Part shown: positions 30,326 to 38,663 of the stretch, in pieces
How the letters are laid out: the number at the start of each line of letters is the position of its first letter
Position numbering within the stretch: the first letter of the stretch is position 1
Origin: Bdellovibrionales bacterium
GTDB lineage: Bacteria > Bdellovibrionota > Bdellovibrionia > Bdellovibrionales > CAYMLA01
Length of the DNA: 64,000 bases
Assembly (NCBI GenBank): GCA_965217115.1
Contig: OZ244239.1
Location: 1,024,001 to 1,088,000 of the forward strand
Direction of reading: 5' to 3'
Notes under the pieces: model-generated
Told to the model about the DNA's origin: nothing
The model's input: the letters and a program-made list of their open reading frames with translations, nothing else
Databases searched by the model: none
Made by a program: the position numbers and the translations under genes

Positions 30326-30352
30326 GATGTTCTATAGCAGGTGGTATGACAA

Positions 30353-32302
30353 GTGGGCAATAAACATCAGCCTTTTGGCAAATACATTTTACTAGAAAAA
30401 CTCGCCTCTGGTGGAATGGCAGAGGTCTATCTTGCCAAATCCTCTGGTATCGATGGCATTGGGAAATTCTTCGCTATTAAGAAAATACTTCCTCAATTCT
30501 CTAGCAACACCTCTTTTATTAATATGTTCAAGGATGAAGCCAAAATCACGGTCAACCTCAGCCATGGCAATATCGCACCCATATTCGAGTTCGGTGTTGA
30601 ACAAGGCCAGTTTTATCTTGTGATGGAATTCATAGAAGGCCGTAACCTTAGACAATTCCTCAACTTTATGGAGAAAGAGTCTAAGACATTCTATCTCGAA
30701 CAAGTTGTCTTCATGTGCAAAGAAGTCTCCAAAGGACTTGATCACGCTCACCGCTGTTTAGATGGCACAACTGGAAAACCTCTCAATATTATTCATCGAG
30801 ACGTTGGTCCACAAAATATTATGCTCAGTTTCGAAGGGGAATTGAAACTTATCGACTTTGGTATTGCTAAAGCTGAAAGTCAAATCGATACAACCCGTGC
30901 TGGCACATTAAAGGGAAAATTTAGCTACATGAGTCCCGAGCAAGCCGAGGGCCTTCCCATTGATTTACGCACTGATATTTTTTCTTTAGGAATTTTTATG
31001 TGGGAAATGCTCGCCAATAGTCGGCTTTTTCAAACAGACAACGAGATAAATACTCTCAGAAAAATTAGAGATTGCCAAATCCCGTCATTAAAAAAAATCA
31101 ACCCTTCCATCCCTGCCGAACTCGAACGTATCGTAAATAAATCTCTAGCTAAAGATCGCAATCTACGCTATCAAACATGTGCTGCTCTTAACAGAGATCT
31201 CAGTCGTTTTCTCAACACAAACTATCCTGAGTTTTCCACACAAGATTTCAGTCTTTTTATAAAGACTTTATACTCAAAAGCTATTGCGCAAAATCGACAA
31301 AAAATGATGGCCTATGCAAAAATCAATATCTCTGATCTCTCTACGACAGAGGACACATTATCACTTGAAGATAGCTCTTATCCCCCTAAGAAAAAGCTTC
31401 CTGATAATCTTTTAAAGCAGTTCACTGCATCTAATTTCAAACTTTCTCCCTTGCGTGAAAACAATGATGTCCTTCCAGAAGTCACTTTTTCTAAGCCTGA
31501 CAAGAATACACCTCCAATTGTCGATACTTCTTCTTCTCATTCTTCTAATTCTTCTCATTCTTCTCATTCTTCTCATTCTTCTTATTCTTCTCATTCTTCT
31601 CATTCTTCTTATCCTCAAAATACAACCAAAAAAGCTAATACAAGAAGAGTCTTACGATGGGCAATGCTGGGGAAAATTGCATCTTCCTTGGTCGTTGTCA
31701 CTACCGCTACTGTCTTACTAATTCCATATTTTCTCTCTAAAAAGAGCAAAATATTTATAGTAGATGTTCCAAAAAAACAGCATCTCGAACAAGCCAGTGA
31801 AGAAAATAAAATAATACCTTCTAAAGACTTTTCTCTTGTCATAAGAACGACTCCACCTGGAGCACATATTTTTATCAACGGCAAAGCCACTTCTATTATG
31901 ACTCCTGGGAAAATTCGTTACCAAGCTAATAAACCATTCTCCATCTCCCTCATAAAAAGTGGCTACTCTTCTTATGAACGCCACTTTTCTCTTAATGCAA
32001 ATAAAAGTTTACGCGCACCCCTCCTGCCTCTTAATCAGGGCTTTGTCGACATCAATGTCTTTAATCCTGGAATCAACACAGAAATCTACATCAACGGTCA
32101 AAAAATTCCAGATCCTTTACCTATCAAACGATACCCTGTTCCTGCAGACAAAAAACTTGTCATAAAAGCTGTAAATGCCTTTCGTCGAACTTTTGATGAA
32201 AGAGTACTTAAACTTAAAGCCAACAAAAAAGCTATTGTAAACCTACTCTTAAGGAAGAAAAAGCATTCTCATAAAGAGAAAAGATTTCCATCAAACAAAT
32301 AA
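30353..32302 (+). CDS. Hanks-type Ser/Thr protein kinase with TM segment and PEGA domain
   Basis: GGMAEVY, AIKK, HRD, DFG, YMSPEQ, TDIFSLG; TM; TTPPGAHIFING. Confidence 0.95.
   Translation: MGNKHQPFGKYILLEKLASGGMAEVYLAKSSGIDGIGKFFAIKKILPQFSSNTSFINMFKDEAKITVNLSHGNIAPIFEFGVEQGQFYLVMEFIEGRNLRQFLNFMEKESKTFYLEQVVFMCKEVSKGLDHAHRCLDGTTGKPLNIIHRDVGPQNIMLSFEGELKLIDFGIAKAESQIDTTRAGTLKGKFSYMSPEQAEGLPIDLRTDIFSLGIFMWEMLANSRLFQTDNEINTLRKIRDCQIPSLKKINPSIPAELERIVNKSLAKDRNLRYQTCAALNRDLSRFLNTNYPEFSTQDFSLFIKTLYSKAIAQNRQKMMAYAKINISDLSTTEDTLSLEDSSYPPKKKLPDNLLKQFTASNFKLSPLRENNDVLPEVTFSKPDKNTPPIVDTSSSHSSNSSHSSHSSHSSYSSHSSHSSYPQNTTKKANTRRVLRWAMLGKIASSLVVVTTATVLLIPYFLSKKSKIFIVDVPKKQHLEQASEENKIIPSKDFSLVIRTTPPGAHIFINGKATSIMTPGKIRYQANKPFSISLIKSGYSSYERHFSLNANKSLRAPLLPLNQGFVDINVFNPGINTEIYINGQKIPDPLPIKRYPVPADKKLVIKAVNAFRRTFDERVLKLKANKKAIVNLLLRKKKHSHKEKRFPSNK
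31532..31612. repeat. 9-bp coding tandem repeat, 9 copies (Ser-Ser-His/Asn/Tyr)
   Basis: TCTTCT(C/A/T)AT units in the kinase linker. Confidence 0.93.
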
Positions 32303-32317
32303 CGCCGAACTCGCCCT

Positions 32318-34069
32318 ATGTATAGCCTTAGAAAATCCTTCACTCAACTTAAACAAAGACATGGCACCGCTTTAAGAAAGTGTACAAACAATATTTGGAT
32401 TCATATCACTTGGTCTCAATACGCTTATCGATTAGAGCAGATTGCCTATAGTCTTCTCACTATAGGAGTTCAAAAGGGCGATCCTATTGCTATCTTCTCT
32501 AAACCTCATCCTAAATGGTGCTTTACCGACTCCGCTATATTATCCATTGGCGCTGTTTGCGTACCTATTTATAATAACATTTCCAATGCAGATCTCATTC
32601 ATATTATTAATGAAAGTAGTATCAAAATTTTATTTTGCGAAAATATAAAACATATCAAACAGTGGAAACAAATCAAAGATCAATGCCCCTGTGTCAAAAA
32701 GATCATTTGTTACGAAGAATGCTGGGATAAAGAAGTTCACCCTCTGCGCTGGGATTTATTCTTAACAATGGGTGATGATCTAAAAAGGCAACACCCCGCC
32801 TTGTTGCAACAAATTTGCGAGAATCTTGAAGATACAGATTTAGCAACTATTGTTTTTACCTCTGGAACCACAGGGACCCCAAAAGGTATTCCAATCAATC
32901 ACAAGCAAATTGACAAAGAAGTACAAGCTGTATTCCCCGCACTCAATATCACCAACAAAGATCTAAGCTTATCTATTTTACCCTATGCCCACATTTTCGG
33001 TCGCCTGGAATCATGGGGAAATATTTGCATCGGCTACACAATCGCCTTTAGTGCAAACAGAGAAAACTTACAAAAAAGTCTCCGTGAAATAAATCCTTCC
33101 ATTATTATCACTGTCCCAGAAATTTTAGGAAAACTCCTTACAAATATGCAAACAAGGATTTCTTCTAATCCAATAAAGAAACACTTTTTCCAACACGCAC
33201 AAAAACTACTCTCGCAAATTGAACACAGAAAACAGAGCTTTAAATCTATAAAAATAACAGATATTTTTCTACAAAAAACCTCTCAAAGATATATTTTTAC
33301 TGAAGCCAACCGTGTATTTGGTAAAAAATTACGCTTTATTGTTTCTGGAGGAGCCCCTCTAGATACGGATATAGCCCAGCTTTTTCTTAGTTCAGGTATT
33401 CTTGTTTTAGAAGGCTACGGCCTCACTGAGACAACGGGCGCTATTAGTCTAAACACTCCTTCTTCCTTTCAATTTGGCACTGTTGGAAAACCTCTGCCTG
33501 GCACACAAATTCGTATCGCTGATGACGGAGAAATTCTTGTTAAAAGCGACACCATCATAACAAAAAACTGGTTTTACACTGGAGACATAGGACACTTTAA
33601 CAATAAAGGTTTTCTTGTTATTTCTGATCGTAAGAAAGATCTTATCAAAACCTCTTCTGGAAAATACATTGCCCCTACAAAATTAACCAAAAAATTACTT
33701 AGACACTCAGCTTTTTCCTATGTGCATATTCACGGAGATAAAAGAAGTCATATCATAGCACTTATTACTTTAAACAAAATTGAACTTATCAAGTGGGCGG
33801 ATCAAAACGATCTTTCCTATGCCAACATTGGCGATCTAACTCAACATTCACAGGTAAAAGAAATGGTTCGTTCACTCATTGCTAAAACCAACAAAAATCT
33901 ATCCAATCATGAGACAATAAAGAATTTTGCCGTTCTACGTCATGAATTCTCTATTGAGACAGGAGAACTCACCCCCTCATTCAAAGTAAGGAGAAAATTT
34001 TGTGATGAAAAATTCATCAGTATTATTGAAAACCTCTACAGCCTCGATAATCAGCTAGAAACCATTTAA
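32318..34069 (+). CDS. Long-chain fatty acid-CoA ligase (AMP-binding family)
   Basis: FTSGTTGTPKG, SGGAPL, EGYGLTET, TGDIG, DRKKD, TPSFK. Confidence 0.88.
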   Translation: MYSLRKSFTQLKQRHGTALRKCTNNIWIHITWSQYAYRLEQIAYSLLTIGVQKGDPIAIFSKPHPKWCFTDSAILSIGAVCVPIYNNISNADLIHIINESSIKILFCENIKHIKQWKQIKDQCPCVKKIICYEECWDKEVHPLRWDLFLTMGDDLKRQHPALLQQICENLEDTDLATIVFTSGTTGTPKGIPINHKQIDKEVQAVFPALNITNKDLSLSILPYAHIFGRLESWGNICIGYTIAFSANRENLQKSLREINPSIIITVPEILGKLLTNMQTRISSNPIKKHFFQHAQKLLSQIEHRKQSFKSIKITDIFLQKTSQRYIFTEANRVFGKKLRFIVSGGAPLDTDIAQLFLSSGILVLEGYGLTETTGAISLNTPSSFQFGTVGKPLPGTQIRIADDGEILVKSDTIITKNWFYTGDIGHFNNKGFLVISDRKKDLIKTSSGKYIAPTKLTKKLLRHSAFSYVHIHGDKRSHIIALITLNKIELIKWADQNDLSYANIGDLTQHSQVKEMVRSLIAKTNKNLSNHETIKNFAVLRHEFSIETGELTPSFKVRRKFCDEKFISIIENLYSLDNQLETI

Positions 34070-34141
34070 AAAACGAGTTATTTACCTATACACACGTCAA
34101 ATAAGTTGCCTGAATCTTCTAAGAAAGTTACTCTTCATAAA

Positions 34142-34996
34142 ATGAAGCGTACAGAATTTTACTTTAATGGTCACAAAAATATTTCTCTTTTTGCACAATC
34201 TTGGCAAAATACTCAGTTTCCCCTTCAGGCTAATCTCATCGTCACACATGGTCACGGAGAACACTCAGAGTGGTACTCTCGTCTTGCAGAAGCCCTCGTA
34301 CCAAGAGGGTATAATCTTTATGCATGGGACCTACAAGGGTACGGGCAATCAGCAGGCAAAAGAGGCTACATCGAAGACTTTTACGATCACTCTCTCGACC
34401 TTCTCCAGTTTATCAAATATTTAAAGAGCAGCGTTTCACATTTTCAAGAAACCCCATTCTTTCTTATAAGCCATTCGATGGGTGGAATGATCACTCTAAA
34501 AGCCCTCATTGACCACGCTGACATAGGACAAAGAGCCACTTGCCTTAGCTCTCCCCTCATTGATATGGCAACTCCCCCGCCTCTTTACAAAGACCTTCTA
34601 GCGCGAACTCTATATCACATACTCCCTAAAATCACATTAACTAGCGGAACAAGACCAGATGAGCTATCTCGAGATCCACAAATTATTAAGCTCTACAAGA
34701 AAGACCCCCTACGAACAGCCATGGTATCACCCGGCTCCTACTTAGGAATTTTAAAATCTTCCGAGTACATAAAAAGCAATCCCCATAAAATAACAACTCC
34801 CATCTTTTTTCAATTAGCAGGAAATGACAAAGTCGTCAGACGTCATACCTCCGAAAAAGTCTTTGATAAAATTTCTTCTAAAATTAAAAAGAAAACACTC
34901 TACTCTGATGCCTACCATGAGATCTTCAACGATATTTGCCGAGAACAAGTCTTCAATGATTTACATGATTTTCTACAGGAGCGCTTAAGCCAATGA
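34142..34996 (+). CDS. Lysophospholipase-like alpha/beta hydrolase
   Basis: HGHGEHS, DLQGYG, SHSMGG, YHEIFND. Confidence 0.88.
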   Translation: MKRTEFYFNGHKNISLFAQSWQNTQFPLQANLIVTHGHGEHSEWYSRLAEALVPRGYNLYAWDLQGYGQSAGKRGYIEDFYDHSLDLLQFIKYLKSSVSHFQETPFFLISHSMGGMITLKALIDHADIGQRATCLSSPLIDMATPPPLYKDLLARTLYHILPKITLTSGTRPDELSRDPQIIKLYKKDPLRTAMVSPGSYLGILKSSEYIKSNPHKITTPIFFQLAGNDKVVRRHTSEKVFDKISSKIKKKTLYSDAYHEIFNDICREQVFNDLHDFLQERLSQ

Positions 34997-35580
34997 ATTT
35001 TTTTATTTTAATTATCTCATCCCTTTTTCTCGTTCAGTGCGCATCCCTTTCTTCCAAAGAGAAGTTTCAAATTAAATACAATAATTATATTGAAAAGCGT
35101 ACACGGAAAAAACAAAGTTACAGCGGCTGGAACAACAACTATTCTATTCGCTTATCTCTTCTCGACACAAAACTGCAAAACTTACAGAACAGATTTCGCT
35201 CCTACCAATTTCAGTGGAGTAACGACGAAGAGACATCTCAAAAAAAGACTCTAAACAAAAAGCTCACTCATTACACCGAAGCCTTTATGAGTTTCTACGC
35301 ACCAAATCCTAAAAATAACAAATTAGAACAAAAAAGCACATCTCTATGGAAGATTTTTCTCGATATAGATGGACGGCGTTTTGAAGGGAAAATAAAGAAA
35401 ATGAGTAAGCTTCGAGATGAGATCATTACTTACTACCCATTTCACTCTAGATGGGGAACTCCCTATATAATCACATTTTCTGCTCCTACAAGTTTAGTAG
35501 ATAACTACAAAGCACGAATCATTATGACAGGCCCCCTGGGAACGGTTGAACTTCCGTTTTCTCCAATAGAGGATAGGTAA
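34993..35580 (+). CDS. Hypothetical lipoprotein
   Basis: Lipobox-like LVQC; coupled to the upstream gene; 3' end overlaps addA by 59 bp. Confidence 0.7.
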   Translation: MNFFILIISSLFLVQCASLSSKEKFQIKYNNYIEKRTRKKQSYSGWNNNYSIRLSLLDTKLQNLQNRFRSYQFQWSNDEETSQKKTLNKKLTHYTEAFMSFYAPNPKNNKLEQKSTSLWKIFLDIDGRRFEGKIKKMSKLRDEIITYYPFHSRWGTPYIITFSAPTSLVDNYKARIIMTGPLGTVELPFSPIEDR

Positions 35581-38500
35581 CTGCCAGGAAAATTTTTTCT
35601 TCTTTTTTAATCAACCCAGACCTCTCTAGTGCAGTGGCGTAAATTTTTAATTGCTCAAAGGCTCGTTCCTTATAATCGCTACTCCCTGTTTTATAGTCGA
35701 CAATCCACACTCCTGATTCATCACGACCCCAAATATCTATTTGTCCCTCAACAGTTTGCCCTTCTAAGTGGCATAAAAAACCCCACTCTGTATGACCATT
35801 TTCAATAATCTGTAGAAGATTTGGTTTTTGAAGCTCTTCAATGTACTTAAGTGCCTTTAGTTTTTTTGGCTCCTCAGGAAACCAAGTCTTCATAAGCTTT
35901 CTAGCTCCCTCAACACCCTGATAACGAAGACTTTCAAAAACTTTATGTAAATCAGTTCCCTGCTGAGCTCTCTCTATGAATTTAGATATCTCAACAAAAC
36001 CGTTATTGTCTCCTTGCTTATTCTCATTTTTTAGCATTTCCGTGACTGATGTCACTCCATGAGCTATAGACCCCTCTCCAGTCCAATAAGAACATTTATC
36101 TGGAAGAGTCACTTCCTCTGTTGCTTGAGTAAGTTTTTCCAATAAAGGCAGCTCGCTTTCATGTAAAACCTCAAAGCTATAATGCTCTTTGTGATGAAGA
36201 CCTGGTGTTAAGTCCCAATGAACACGGGACATACATGAGTTTTTTTTGATTTTTCCATTAAAAAATAATGAGACTGTTTTCTTTGCACGAGTCAATGCCA
36301 CATACAGAATTCGATCAGCCTCCTCTATATCTCTTTTATGTAAAGTTCTAGCCATTTCTTTTCCTGCCACTGAATGAGTCATCTTATCATCATCGCCGAA
36401 AGGAATAGCCAAAGCCCATCGACCTTGCCACTCTCCCTGATCCTCATTGCAGACAAAGCGAGGCAATTGCGAAATTTTCTGTGTTTTTGAAAGGTACGGT
36501 AAAAACACATGATCAAATTGCAACCCCTTAGAGGCATGAACCGTCATCAAATTCACCCGATTCGGCTCCCAAGAAGCAACAGCATCTCCCTCACTACTTC
36601 CCTCTAAACTTAATTCCACATCTTGATTGGCTACAAAGTTAAGGAAACTAAACCCTGGCAAATAAGATTCTTGTCGTAAACAAGAAATCAATTTCCAAAT
36701 ATTTGATTCCCTGCGACCCGTTACATCGTAATGGTGAGAAAAATCTATCATTCCACTCTCAATAACCCCTGTCTCAAAAGCTGATAGAGTTCCTATCTTC
36801 TCTGAAAGCAACCGTAGCTCCTGCAGCCGATAAACTCCATTCCAAGAAGCCTTCTGAGAGACTGACTCTAGAAAAAACCGATAATAACTTTTCTCTTTTT
36901 TTACTTTTTCCTTAAGAGCTTCAGCTATCTCTGAGTCCAAAACCTTAAACCAAGGGGACCGTAAAACACTTAAAAGGTTTAAATTATCATGGGGGTTCAC
37001 CAAAAACTTTAAAAAACATAGAGCATCCCTAATCTCTCGACGTTTATAAAATCCCCCTGAAGAGTGAACCTGCACGGGGCAATTAAAACTCTGTAGAGCT
37101 TGAGCGATTTTTTCTAGATCTTTATTTGCTCTTGCCAATACGCAAATTTGATCAGCTTCTACTCCTTTCTCCAATAACTCTCCCACATGTCTTGCCACCA
37201 CCAGAGGCTCTAGTTCCTCATCTGTCTGTTCCTCATCAACTTGCATAAAATGCGCAACGACCTTCTCGCCCTCTTTGTCTTTTTCAAAATGAGGCTCCAT
37301 GGCTTGAAACTGAGAACCTAATCCAGAAAAAAAATCATTAAAAAACAACAATAATCTAGGTGTAGAACGGTAATTTTTCTTTAAAAGACCAAGAGAATCT
37401 CCTCTCTGTCTTGCTACCTGCTCTCTGCGCTCAAAAACCTCCGAACGTGCCCCGCGAAACAAATAAATACTCTGCTGAGGGTCTCCGACAACAAAAGAGT
37501 GGCTCTCACCTACTAACTTTTGCAAAAGCTCTACCTGCAAAGGGCTTGTGTCCTGGTACTCATCAATCAACCAATAATCCCATTCAGCAGAAAACCTCTT
37601 GGCCACCTGCGGATAATCTCTCACAAGCTGCAAGGACAAGGTCTCCAAATCAGACATTGTTATCTTAGCCGTATTCCATTTTATCTCATTCCAACGTTTA
37701 TAAAATGCTTCACCTATTCTCTCAAACTGAGAACTCATCTCTTGATAACGAATCCAAAAACTTTTCTGAAAACTCACAGAGAGAATAGATTGAGATTTAC
37801 TTCTGCTAAAGTACTCCTTGGCTTTTTTACAAAGTTGAATTGTCTCATCAGACACTTCAGGATCGCTCGTTTTATGTATCGGTTGTCTCGGGAGCTTCAC
37901 CTCTGTTAAAAAAATCTCTATATCATCCCAAGAGTCAATTTTAAGTTTTTCACTCAAATTCTTAAAGAACTGGCTATACTCTAACCACTTTTCATTAGAC
38001 GTCTCTGATTGGATTGAATTTGCGATCTCCTCTAAATCACAGGCCACTTCTTTAGCTCTTTGTAAAGCCAATTTCTCAAGATCTACCAAAGAATAGGGAC
38101 GAAATTTATCAAGGAATTCCACTCGTTTCTCATAAAAAGATCTCAACAAAGAGCATAGGTCATTAAAAGAATAACTTTCTAAAAACTCCTGATAGGAAGA
38201 ATCTTCCAGTAATATCTCTCTGACTAGTCGACGAACTTTTCGACTCTCCTGTTTTTCGGAAATAAAACGAAAACCTGATTCTATCCCCACAGAATGACCA
38301 TGACGACTTAGCAGGATATTTAAAACTCCATGAATTGTTAAAATTTGTAATGACGATGAAGAATTCACAAAATCAACTAAATGCTCTCCCCGTTCTCGAG
38401 CCAGTAACATTAATCTTTCCCGTAACTCTTGTGTGGCCTTACGGGTAAAAGTTGTCACCACAACCTTCGGAAAACTTTGATGTTCTTCATAAAAATCTTG

Positions 38501-38608
38501 AGCTAGCTGTAAAACCTTTTGCGTTAAACGAGTTGTTTTTCCCGCCCCTGCTCCTGCTCGTACAACCTCTGAATGGAGATGCTCTTGACTCTTTTTGCCT
38601 CTGTTCAT
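35522..38608 (-). CDS. addA: AddA-type UvrD helicase with C-terminal PD-(D/E)XK nuclease
   Basis: AGAGAGKT, TFTRKA, IDEYQD, GDPQQSIY, NYRS, TVHASKGL, YVALTRA, GQID..VDYKTG. Confidence 0.88.
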   Translation of the reverse strand: MNRGKKSQEHLHSEVVRAGAGAGKTTRLTQKVLQLAQDFYEEHQSFPKVVVTTFTRKATQELRERLMLLARERGEHLVDFVNSSSSLQILTIHGVLNILLSRHGHSVGIESGFRFISEKQESRKVRRLVREILLEDSSYQEFLESYSFNDLCSLLRSFYEKRVEFLDKFRPYSLVDLEKLALQRAKEVACDLEEIANSIQSETSNEKWLEYSQFFKNLSEKLKIDSWDDIEIFLTEVKLPRQPIHKTSDPEVSDETIQLCKKAKEYFSRSKSQSILSVSFQKSFWIRYQEMSSQFERIGEAFYKRWNEIKWNTAKITMSDLETLSLQLVRDYPQVAKRFSAEWDYWLIDEYQDTSPLQVELLQKLVGESHSFVVGDPQQSIYLFRGARSEVFERREQVARQRGDSLGLLKKNYRSTPRLLLFFNDFFSGLGSQFQAMEPHFEKDKEGEKVVAHFMQVDEEQTDEELEPLVVARHVGELLEKGVEADQICVLARANKDLEKIAQALQSFNCPVQVHSSGGFYKRREIRDALCFLKFLVNPHDNLNLLSVLRSPWFKVLDSEIAEALKEKVKKEKSYYRFFLESVSQKASWNGVYRLQELRLLSEKIGTLSAFETGVIESGMIDFSHHYDVTGRRESNIWKLISCLRQESYLPGFSFLNFVANQDVELSLEGSSEGDAVASWEPNRVNLMTVHASKGLQFDHVFLPYLSKTQKISQLPRFVCNEDQGEWQGRWALAIPFGDDDKMTHSVAGKEMARTLHKRDIEEADRILYVALTRAKKTVSLFFNGKIKKNSCMSRVHWDLTPGLHHKEHYSFEVLHESELPLLEKLTQATEEVTLPDKCSYWTGEGSIAHGVTSVTEMLKNENKQGDNNGFVEISKFIERAQQGTDLHKVFESLRYQGVEGARKLMKTWFPEEPKKLKALKYIEELQKPNLLQIIENGHTEWGFLCHLEGQTVEGQIDIWGRDESGVWIVDYKTGSSDYKERAFEQLKIYATALERSGLIKKEEKIFLAVTYPLLEKTEVQPFPGGLS

Positions 38609-38663
38609 TTTATATCCTTAAAAAACACACATTCTCTTAATATACTTGTAACCATTTAATAAT

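Noticed and set aside
31412..31721. Arg-rich antisense ORF and Leu/Ile-rich alternative-frame ORF
   Set aside because: Shadows of the 9-bp repeat inside the kinase
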